Shown here: positions 12,101 through 24,100 of the stretch, one piece after another | Layout: each line of letters begins with the position of its first letter | Position numbering within the stretch: position 1 is the first letter of the stretch | NCBI GenBank assembly: GCA_963924565.1 | Contig: OZ004611.1 | Coordinates: 23,374,001 to 23,438,000 of the forward strand | DNA: 64,000 nucleotides | Direction of reading: 5' to 3' | DNA from: Ascidiella aspersa | Taxonomy: Eukaryota | Notes under the pieces: generated by a model | Seen by the model: the letters and a program-made list of their open reading frames with translations, nothing else | What the model was told of the DNA's origin: nothing | Databases searched by the model: none | Translations under genes and position numbers: made by a program

Positions 12101-15100
12101 CACCTTATAATTAAAATTGAATTTCAGCAAAGAGTTTATTTTTTTTCGTATTTTTTAGATTACCCCCTTTATATTAAATACTGTGTGGCGCGCAAAGAGT
12201 TACTCATCAGCCCATACTTAACTTTACGATAAAGCTTACGAATTTTTAGACACAGACACGATTGAGTAGTTTTAAAGTATCTAAAGACAAATTGTATCAA
12301 AATATTGACAAGCTTTCGCCCAACCGTGAGTTCATCAAGGTATTTTTCTACTTTGACCTGATGAAGCACGGTTGTGCGAAAGCTTGTCAAGATTTCAATA
12401 CAATCCGTCTTCAAATAGTGCCACCTGATTACCAAATTTAGTTTATTAACAACATGTTGGCAGTGTTAGTTTCACAGTTCATTGGCGGATTTTTATACCA
12501 TACAACTAAAAAAACACGTTCAGTAGTTGGAAATAGATTATTAAATGTGAAAACGTTTGTTCTAATCGGAAAAGTTTTCAACTTCAGTTAACATCGTATA
12601 TATACTTCACGATAAATCCTATTTTTTAGGTCGGCAGTATTCAATCTACTTGTGATCATTGCACTGACTTCGGCCTTAGCGGGAAGGGTAAGTCGACGTG
12701 AATCGATTTCTGAGCTGTGCGGTTTATCACGGCTTTAAGGTTACAAGCTGTCGGCCAACTTCTGAGCTGACACGCCATATACACGTTCTCTAGCGATCGC
12801 AAAATCGTTATGGCGTCTTCAGGTCAATGGCTTTGCAAAAATATACAGGAGAAAGTTTATTTACTGTATTACTGTCAGTAATGCAGAGGCCTTCTATAAA
12901 CGCTGTTTTTGCATTGTGCTGGTGTCATTTAAGACTCTATTGGTAAAATCAAAGGGTGTGCGAGTTTCACGAAACTGTTCTGAAAATTTATTCAACTAAA
13001 ATTCATTATATCTATACAATTAGGGAACGTATTGAGCAATTCCTTTATTACGTTATCATGTTTGGCTAATTAGAAACAAAGCTGGGTGTGTTTCGCGAAA
13101 CCGTTTTTAAGATCATTTACCTTAAAACTGTAACTTGTTAGGAAAAATAAACAGTAATTTTCTATTGGATGTAAAAAAACGTCGCAAAATGTACTTAAAA
13201 CAAATTTAACTTCTTTCAAATCGATAAAAGTAACTCCAAAATCATATTAAAAAGACTTGAGCATACCTAAGTTAACAAAACACATTTAAAAAAGAACTGA
13301 TTTAACCCCATACGCCGAAAAGGCAATTAACGCCACCGTGATGATGTTTAATACTAATCAGGACTATACTACTGAGAGGGAGTGCTCCATTTCCGTTTCG
13401 CTCTAATTCTCTTGAAATCGCGCGCCGAAGCCAGTCACTCATTCGATTAACTAATTGATTAATTATATCGAGCCTGAAGGCGGCCGCGGAGAAAAAGAAT
13501 TGCGCTCGATATTTGCAATTCAATTTCGGCTTGCCTTAGCCTTTCAAAGCTCGAATGGTTTAAAGCTCCTTCGCCGTGAGTTGACGTTATTTTTCCGGCC
13601 GATCGGGTAGGCGCATCAATAATTTAGAGCATCAAGTAGACGCGGGCGAGTTTTTTGTTTTTGCAAATGATTGTCATCTAATTAACACGCGCCGCCGAGC
13701 GCTGACAGACGTCATTATTTGCGTCTCGCCGCTCCCTTTTTTACTTTCATCTTATTCTCTCTCCTCCTTGCTTTTTTCTCTTTACTGTCGCTTTTGTCTC
13801 CTCTCGCTTTTTTGCTCTTCTCGTCTCGCGTAAACTGTTGACAAGAGGCGCAAATCGAACCATAATGCAATAGGTATAGCAAAATATACCAAATGAGTTG
13901 AGCTGATGTATACCAACTTGAACACAAGAAAACAATCTTTTAGGAAAAGAAACGGTTTCCGGTTCTTATTGTAGAAGGTTTAATGTAGAACCAAACCAAG
14001 AATTTTTGTAACAATTACACACCAGGGTCGGATCCAGAGGAAAGGGGGCACGTGACAAGCCCCCTCAAAAAACTGTATTTTTGCTTTCTTTTGCTACGTA
14101 ACAGCAACAAGAAATTATGGTTTTAGTATGACTTGCCAATTTTGAAAAAAAAATCGTTCAAGCCAGAACGAAAAAAAAAAGTTTTGGGAATTTAATCGGA
14201 ATATTTCGCTTTGCGTGAACCGATATCACCTTTGTAACCTTGTATTGAAAAATCCCTTCAATCTTAACTAAAAGAACGAACTGTGTGGTGTTTTTAAGGT
14301 TATTACTTATTTCTTCATGAAGTCACGTTACGTCGTTACGTCTTCTCTAAAAGGAAAGTTCATGCCCCAATAAAAAAATCCTAAATCTTGTTACGCCAAC
14401 AAAAAGAAACAAAGCGAGTGAAAAGTTTCAACAAACCCTTGAATAACCCTGTTAAAGTTAACACTATCGCGTTTATCAAGCTTGGTAACGATGTAAGGGT
14501 CGTTTTCGAAGGTCTATACCGATGTAGTTCAGTTTGGGGGCGCGAATTCATTTAGATGTTGTGGACAGACAGCAAAGCCGCCTGATTATTATCTCTTTTT
14601 GGATATTTAATAAACTTGTATATAGAGCCATGCCTCACTTTCAAGTTCTTCACAATCTTTTTAGCAGGGGTGGGCAAACTGCGGCTCTCCGGCATGTTTT
14701 TTGTGGCTCTTCTAGTCGAATCGTAAAATTTCAAAAAAAATGTCAAGCCTACAAGAGTACCGTTAATCAACGTTTCTCTCCTTTCATTTCTTTATTTAGG
14801 CAAGCATTTCGTTTATGACGTAACACTAGACATGTCATCCTACTAAGAGTTAGCTAATAGCAAGTCAACGCAATTTCATTGCTCAGACAGTAAGCTTTAG
14901 CTCAGTTTAGTCTGCTTGAGTACACTGCAAAACGAAAACGATGAAATCTAAATCCAACAAAAAACGAAAATGTAAAGATGAAAACTTGGTATATTACCAT
15001 TCTGTTATGATTGCTGAACTTGCGATATTCACGGTTTTTGTATTAAAATAATTGTAAGGCTCTCTAGTACTTGAATTTTCTGCAAATGGCTCTTCCATTG

Positions 15101-18100
15101 AATACATTTGCCCACCCCTGCTTTATAGCAATGCCTTTTTTTTAATTTAATACTAAAATTGCATCTTTGGGATTTGTTCTAATTATACGATAAAGCTTTC
15201 AAGCTTCTTTGAACTATGTATATTTACTTTAAAAAAAAAATTAAATGAACTGCAGAAACATTTGTAAAACACAAAAGATTCCACAATATTTCGGGATCCA
15301 TGATTAAAATATTGTCCGTATTTTTATCGACTATTTGATTCTCAAGGTGCTGCAAATCGACTGGAGGCCTTTGGCGCGAGATTCAATATTCTATGGTGGT
15401 TCGGTTCTTGTTTTTATCCTCTTCTCCTGGGACGGGATCTTCATGTGGTGGGAGTCTTTCTTCCTGCTTCTTCTCTATGTCCTCTACATCGTTACCATGA
15501 AGTTCAATCAGAAGCTCATGGCCTTTCTCGGCAGTCTCACGTGCTGGTAAATCACGACTGTAGAGAAATTTCGATACTACTGTCCGTTTTACTTCGATAT
15601 CAATACCCGAAGTTTTCGACAAAAAGTAGCGATTCGAACAAGTACCAAGTTACGTTATTACTCTGGTGAAATATGCAAAATAGATCAAATAGAATTCAAA
15701 GGCATGCTTTGTTCAATGTATAGGCTAAACGCTTAAGCGTCAAAGATGTCTATATTTACCTAGTTGTTAATTAATATAAAAAAAATCGTTTCAAGGTATA
15801 TATCGCTGTGTTAAATCATAAATCTTGACTTAAATTAGTTTGGCATCGGATAGACGGCGATACCACCTAAGAATATCAGTTGAAACATGGTATATTACTT
15901 TATTTGCAGCGGTTGTTCCCCCCAGGTGGACGGAAGAGTGTCCCCCACCTTGGAAGGAGGGGAGGATCAAGGTGACGTCACTCCTGCCGAACCGTCTTTT
16001 TCCGGGACAAACGGAATAGTAAGTTATTTTTAGTGAGCGTGACTGATATCTAGGTGAAATGATTTATCCAAATATTAAGATTGTTTGTCAGTGTGCAGAA
16101 AATTTCACTGTAAAATTAATTTTACTCAACTAAAGGCCGTCAAACATTTGGCCTACCAGAGTTAAAACATACTAGCGTCCAGGGACTTTTAATCTTCCGA
16201 CTTTTTTAAGGCTGAGTACTTTTAAGCCGACTCGACTTGCGCGAAAATCCTAGATTTGGGTCGACTACATTAGGAAGCAATTCTAAATGCAAGAGTGTTT
16301 TTTCTAAAAGTTGCGGTTTTATCGTTGGTAACTTTACACATAGCTGTAAAATAGTATTAGGTGGGACATTCTTTAAATAACTGTTCATTCTGTATGGTTA
16401 CATGTGGTAGACATATAAGTCGCTAAATGAAACAATTTAAGCATTGACGTTCAAAAACTTTGCCATGGGTCGTCAACATCAAAATACAATTGCGGGTGTG
16501 ATCTTTGCAGCGCATAGAAAAACCAAATGAAATCGATTTGTTCAACGTCGTTTTATTTCGGCTTAATTTCGAAATGCCATTTAATCCACTCGGTGAAAAT
16601 TGATTACCATCGGTGATATTTATTCGGCGGGGCGTTAAAAACGCTAATAATATCCGAGGGTATTCTCGGAATGCCCGTCGCACCTCTCAGGCAATTTACG
16701 CCAAAATCTCCAATCGATATTTATGAAGCCCCGTATTTAGCCTAATGGAGTCAGCTAATTGATCATATCGGCAAGAAAACAAGTAGCACTGTGTATTTTA
16801 CTGCTTTTGCATAACCGGGCTTCATCAGGTGAAAGTCAGAAGGAATGCATGTGCTTTTAAAGATTTGACTTTTTAAATGGCCGTATGTGTCTAATTCTAA
16901 ATAGGATAATCAGGTGGCACTATATTTACTCTTAAGACAATTTGTATTGTGTTCTTCGCAAAACCGTGCTTCCGAATCATCAGGTCAAAGTGTTTTTTCC
17001 TACTATGGCCTGTGAAAGCTTGTCTTTTTTTTCTAGGCAAAAAACTTAAAATATTTGGTTAGAAAAGAAAAATTTAAAAAACAATACTCATATTTATTTA
17101 ATTTTTCTGATTCACGGACAACCGGTGTCCACTAGGGAACAGATGCCATGAAAGTAGGGGAGGTTCTGCGGTATTGGGTATAAGTGTGCGAAAGCTTGTC
17201 GAGAATACAAAACAATTTGTTGTCATCTAGTGCCACCTGATTACAAGATTTAACTTGAAGGCGTTGCGTGACTTAAGGCAGATATCCGGTGTGCGTCGGC
17301 CGCCATACTCAGGCGACGTTTAATATTGCATAACGAGCAAAGTCGTTCCGTAGCATCGACCGTGCTTTCGAGTCGTCGATGTGTGTTGAGCAAGCAAACT
17401 CGATAAGGGCATGAATAATGGATGCGAAATTAAAGCGTCGACTAATTTTGCAAGGCCTTCCTTATCTCTACACGGATCACCGAGTGAATTGGGGGGGTTT
17501 CCGGTGGGTCCAATCGCGATTCACTAGCACTAGCAGGCCAAAGTTGCCTATATAGTCTGTATATTCGAGGCTGCTCAGTTTGATACGCCAGAGTTAACAA
17601 CTGATAAAGCAAAAACAAAACACGGAGAAACAAAGGAAGTCGAATGGAATTGGGGTTTATTAGTCACCTTTCAAGTTTTGAATATGTTTACCTATATACC
17701 CATCTATAAATGCCAGGAAATAGATAAATGGGCACTTATTCAAAAAAGTGCGTTTATTTGCCATTCGTTTATTATACATTTATTAAGCGTTTTTTCGCTG
17801 CAAATTAGCAAAAAAAAATTCAAGAGGATATTATATTAAGGTTAGATATGTACGGAAAATCCTTTACTGTATCAACGCAATAGAATCGAGTTTTAAAAAT
17901 TTCCCCAAGAGTCCAGATTCTGTCGTTGTATTGTGTCAATTGTGGTGATTTTGAGCATTACGTTATCGTGGTAAATTTGGTAAAACTAACGGTAATATTA
18001 TATTCTTGTAGGCGGCCAACACCACACGGATTAAAGAAACGGTAGCCAAACAAAAAGTTGCAGATGCTACTATTTCAAGGTAGATAAAGTAAAATGTTTT

Positions 18101-21100
18101 GTAGTAAAAAACACGCATGTTTGACGCTCATGATGATGCCTGCCGTTGTCAAAAGAAAGTTTGACAAAACAACTAGCTCTAGCCAACACAAAAAAACATT
18201 ACATTGAGTCATTTCGCCACACAAAATACAAGTTTAATCATGGACTTATGTCATAACGCTGATTCCACAACACAATTTTACCCCTTTAAACAAAAACTAA
18301 CGATGTCGCATTGCGTAACTGATAAATCCTACGAGAAATTTCTTGCCACTGGTATAGAAGGTATAAATCCTAAGAAGAAATATTAGTGAAAATAACGAGT
18401 ATATTGGTTCCCAATCACCCGACTTTACCAGCGAACGTTCACGAACTTCTATACTCATCTCGTTCCAACTTTCCGTCCTTTTATTGCAACATGATTTCAA
18501 GTCATTGCCCTAAAAACTGCAGTCCAAATTGTTGACTCAAGTCATAACCCTCGTCAACTACAAATATTGCCATGTTTACCGGAACCAAACATGCCGCCTT
18601 GGTAGAACTGCATTTTTCTTAGTTTATTTACGTTGTTTTTTAGTCGCAGGTCTAAACATACAAAAATAACATAGCAAGAATATCAAAGCCCATACAGAAG
18701 TAGGTATCATTTTGAACTCTTTGAATAACTCTTATGTTGACTATGATGAAAATGAAAGAAGAGTTTAAAATGATACGCACATCTTGATGGGCTTATTCTT
18801 ACTACGTCTTAACACTACTTCAACCATTATGCTCCATAAAGTAACCTTATTTACCATTCCACTACCAATTACCAGTTTATTCGACCAGGAGTGATTTATG
18901 CATTCCAGTCCAACGAACAGCGGTTGCCAGTGCTGCTGTTGCTGCTGCTGTCGGCGCGCGTGTGGCTGTCGATTCACGGCTACTGACGTCACCACGGGGC
19001 CGCCGTCGTCGAGGGGTGACGTCATGGCCGGCAACGGTAAGCTGACCATGACGTCATCGTCGCCGGAGCAGTACGACGTGGCTGCTTCGTCGGCTGTGGC
19101 GGATGAGAAGGACTCGATTCTCTGTCAGGATTGCAAGGAAGCCGAGTACTTACAGGGGGAACTCGCTGAAATCGGTGAAGGTATAGACCTAACCTTCGCT
19201 TATATATCGTGTTTTGTTTTTAACAAATTTAACTGAAACGTTCATATTTGCAACGTGTATATTTATATTCTGTGATTAAGCAGCATTTCCGAAGGCATCC
19301 GATGTAGATAAAACTAACGTGAAAATGTTGGCTGAATTTTCGGAAAACAAATTATGCCAAAGCTTGGCCTATACTCGCCACGCTAAACTCTGCACATGCA
19401 ATATGTCGGAATGCGTTTTCCTATTTACCTTATGTTCATTTTAAACTGATCAAATGTAATGCATCTCGTTAAAATGATCAAATGTAATGCATCTTGCACA
19501 TTTCTTTCCACAAATAATAGTGTTGAACAAAACCAGCAAAAAAGTACATTAATCTTCCCAAAAATAAGGGTGTATCTTTATGGAATGCGAAACTATGGCA
19601 ACAGGTTTATGATTATCGATTGCTGCTCCTCTGACGCATATAGAAACAAATATTAAACTGCTGTATAAAAAAATTCAAAATACCTTACTGAAAAACTTTT
19701 AACCTCTTTCATTTGCGAAACTGAAAAACCCAACGTATATGATCGTATATAGCAGGGGTGGAATATTTTTTCCTTGTCGCTCGTCAAAACCAACTCAAGA
19801 AAGATCGTCATAAATTTTAACTGACAATTATTTATGCATTCAGATACAATGAGTTGGCGAAACTTTGATTGTTAATAGTTCCAATCTAAGGTAGACATTA
19901 CGACTTTAGGTTGAAAACTTTTCGCATTTACCTATAGCTAAAATAGCCAAAAAATATGAGAAATGACCTCTTAACCCATTTGGTAAAGAAGGTGGCGAGC
20001 TGGGTAATATTCATTGGCGCCCCGTGGTATAAAGCCTGCAAACTTACCTTGTTTATCACTTTGCTAAACTTTAGGCGGAACCAAAGTGAAGGACTCGCTG
20101 GAGAAGCCGGATCACTCAGACAGCGGCTTCTCGTCGGTGAGTCGCATCGATTCGAAGGAAGGTCCTCCTCCGTACGAGTGCGTACGCTTCTCGACGGACG
20201 ATGACGGAAAGGAGAACAGATGTGCGCGATCCGACGGAAGGTGAGAACTCTTGTGCAATAAAAGAGACGATCTCGTTTTTGAGTAAAATAAATGACTTGA
20301 TTTAAGTCCCTGTTTTCAAATGACTGGACTTGATTCACTCTTTTCAAATGACTTGACTTTAGTTACTGTTTTCAAATGACTTGATTCCCTGTATTCAAAT
20401 GACTTCAGTTGAGTCACTTTTTAAATGACTTGACTTTGGTCCCTGTATTCAAATGACTTTGAACCGTAGTTATGTCTAAAACGCAATTGTGAGCCACCAC
20501 GACATGCGTAATACAGTGAGTTGTTTAATGCAACATGTCGACGTCCTTTCTAGGGGCTTGTAAATTTTTTTTGTAGTCCGTATTTTTAAATGGTCTTTCA
20601 GTGACAGGTTTAGCCGGAACATATTTACAACTAAAAAAGTTGAAAGGACGAAAAGGACGTCGACATATGCATTAAACAACTCACTGCATTACGCTTTTTT
20701 TACCTTTATATCTATGGGCGGAAAAACACGAATTTATATTCTCCTGGTCGTACGGTAAGTACACCCGAAACCAAATAATGAATGGAAGAGGCACACACAT
20801 TTATGTGTGACCTAGCCCACCTGAAGCTGCTTTTTGACCAACGATTACGTTTGATTAGCACACCGAACGCCATTGCAGACTAGCCGAATCTTTTGATGAG
20901 TAATGCATGCAGGGCAAGCTAATGAAACAAAAAACACACAAAAAAAACTAGCCCTGCAGTGAAGTTCGAACTCACGACCTCCGGTCATACCGGGACCTTT
21001 GGTAGAGCGACGGCCCGGTATGACCGCAGGCTAGTTGTTTTTCTAGCCTGCATCATTGATCGCAGAATTGGTTAAGTCTGCGATGGCTTTGGTTGTACTA

Positions 21101-24100
21101 ATGAATCGAAGTTACCCTATTTTCTTGTCTTCAAGGCGACTGACGATCGCATCGCAAAGACCAAGCGAGATCCACATTTTTCGGAGGTCGTCTCGGAAGA
21201 GCTGGTCATCTACGCGGAAGTCTTCCTCCTCCATCAGCATCGCAGCAGGGGAAAACGGACTTTTACGCGTGAGAACTTGCTTCGATTGTGGAACTAAAAT
21301 GAGTTACATTTCGGGATAGGCACATAATTCTTTTATTTATAGTGGGTCTGTTTATTGTTCAATGTTATATGTATTGCACACATATTCCCATAGAAGAAAA
21401 TACGGAAGTTTACAGACATGGACAGGGTTATTTTTCGATAAATTTCCAAGCCATTTGTGATCCGAATATGTTGTTTACTAACATTGTATGTAGATGGCTC
21501 CCCCGATGACAGTAGATTATTTGACAACAGCTCAATCTGTTATCAATTAAAACATAATAGCTTCGCTTGTGAAAAAGAATTAGTTACCCGAAAATGACCT
21601 GTTTTGAGCAATTGAGGTGCTAATGAAGAGACTGGTCATTTTCGTGTAAAATTATGGTGACCTTTGACGTCAAAAGTCTTTTCGCTAGAATGAGTTATAT
21701 ATCGGGACGAGCACATATAATTATATTTACAGTGTGTCTGTTTAATGTCTTCAATTTAACTGCAAGTGAGCCAGTTTTTCATCTGTAAAAACAAGACAAA
21801 GGCCCTAAAGGACAATATTGTGATAAAAAATGCCAATAATGCGACTTCAGTGCACTTAACTTAAATCACTGTTTTAAATGACTTGACTCGACTTAAGCTG
21901 TTTGGGAAAATTGACTTGAAGAATGAAAATCTCGCTCAGGATTCAAAAGGTTTAGCAATATAATTTAACATTTTATTTTGATGCAAATGACTGACTTGGT
22001 TTTGACTGGACTTGCTTTATAATTATAATGACTTGACAAAACATGATATTTTTCGTAAAAAAATTTGCAATCTACTTGACCGGGTCTTAAGTCCTTTCAA
22101 ATTGACAATGCTAAATGAGTTTTGCTACTCTAGCTTTTTTATCGTGAAGGGAAATGTTGGGCTCAGCGGCCTTTAACTTAATGTGGTAAAACGTAAGCAT
22201 TAAAAAAAGACTGCTATTTTTTAAATCTGCATGGGGATAAATTTCTATCAAAAATGTGCTAAATTTTTTGGATTCATTCAAACATAATTTAAAACAATAC
22301 CGTAAAAAGTTTCAGCCCAAAAGCGTATTGTTGAGATAAACGGGCGTGCGGAAATCTCTTTATTTAAGAAATGTATTTTTCGTCGTTTGCTTTGCAGCGA
22401 AGTGAGTCGACGAAAGTGGACGAGTACGTTTTTACCGAGCCCGAGTCTCCTCCGCACAACCTGGCGCCACCCGGAACGTCTGGAGCCAACGTAAGTTATT
22501 ATTCCAAATCAAGGCTCCTTAAACTAGGGTCCATGGACCCCTTGGGGATACAATAGCTAGTTTAAGGGAGTTTATGAGGGCCAAATTGAAATTGATGTAA
22601 GAAAAATGTTTAAAAAGTAATCAATTTTCACAGAAAGAGTTTAATTGAAAAAAAACCTTTTTGCATTGAATGTATTTCGACTCCATTTTACTTTCACATT
22701 TTTTGGACCGAAAACAGCATACTCATTAAGTCTTTTATGTATCGTGACGTCATCCGTGACGTCAATTTATGACGTCACCTCTAAAAATTTCTTGCCTTTC
22801 CTGGTCCACGCGAAGAAAAAAAATTATGGGTCTGTGGTAAAAAGACTGTTCTAAATAATAAATACGTATTTTACAATCAAATTTAAATACTGTAGTTTAC
22901 AGCAAACCACATTTCAATTTGATGTAAACCTAAAACTTTGTTCTTGTTTTTTCAGGGCAGTCGCGAAGATCCAGAAGCAGCAGGTACGACTGAAAATATA
23001 GACATGGATTACACTCTGTGTCTAAATAAATCTCAAAACTGTTTATAAAACAGTTTAGACATAAAATCATTTCTTAAAATTTTGCATAAATTTTTACAAC
23101 TTTGTACAGAAACTGACAATGCCTTATAGGCGATATATATATGTCTGTGAAAAATGATTTTATGTTTTATCTGTTTTTATAAACAGTTTTAAGATCAACT
23201 CTAATACGAAAACAAGAATCTTTCTTTTGCATTTTTTTTGTCTGCGGGAGATTCTTACTTCCTAAAGTGTTTCAGCTGTGTCTTCATAAATATATTTGGT
23301 TGGTTCGCAATATTAATGAATACATTTTTTTCTATTGCTACCAGCGTTTTGTGTCGCAGTGGCCAAGAATAGTACTACACAAGCATAAATCAAAAATTGT
23401 TCACAATGTTGGCAAACGTTTTCTTAGGTACCGTTTTAATAAAACAATCCTCTAATCTTTATTGATTTTGTTAGGTATTTATGTCCAACCGACATTTGCA
23501 AATCACCATTAAGTGAATCACGGCTAATTTTTTAGCTTTTTAACAGAGAATGTTATATACAATTATGATCAGTGAAGTCAATGATTTTACTTAAGTGTCA
23601 TTTGGTAAAATGACTTGACTTGGACCAAAGTCATTTAGTCAAATAATTTGGGTTGAAATTAAGGGTTTTTTTCTTTGGCCATATTATTATAAAAACTGAG
23701 ATATTTATGGCAAGTTTTGCACATAAAACGATTGAATTGCTGCATGTGTTTTTTTGTTATTTTTCAGTTGAATTATTTATTATAATCGGACGAGTTTACC
23801 TATTTTAATGGTTTATCGTTTTATTATTATATTAGTGGTTTGACTTGGAGTTGAATTGCTGTAATAATGACTTGACTTGGGCATCTGATGACTTGGACTG
23901 GGACTTGACTTGCAATTTTTTAAAAGACCTGACTTTGACCTAAGTTATTTCACAAATGACTTGAGATTATTTTCAAAATGACTTGTTTAAAACACTGGTT
24001 ATGATTTAGGTAAATGCCACATGTTTCACATGTTTTTTATTTTAGCTGCCGCAATGTCGGGAGAGGGCAACTCAAATGAGGAAGAAGAGGAAGCGGAACA

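Noticed and set aside
18765-19049. Minus-strand polyQ ORF
   Set aside because: Antisense of the SLC24 poly-Cys exon, whose splice phases fit the plus-strand model.
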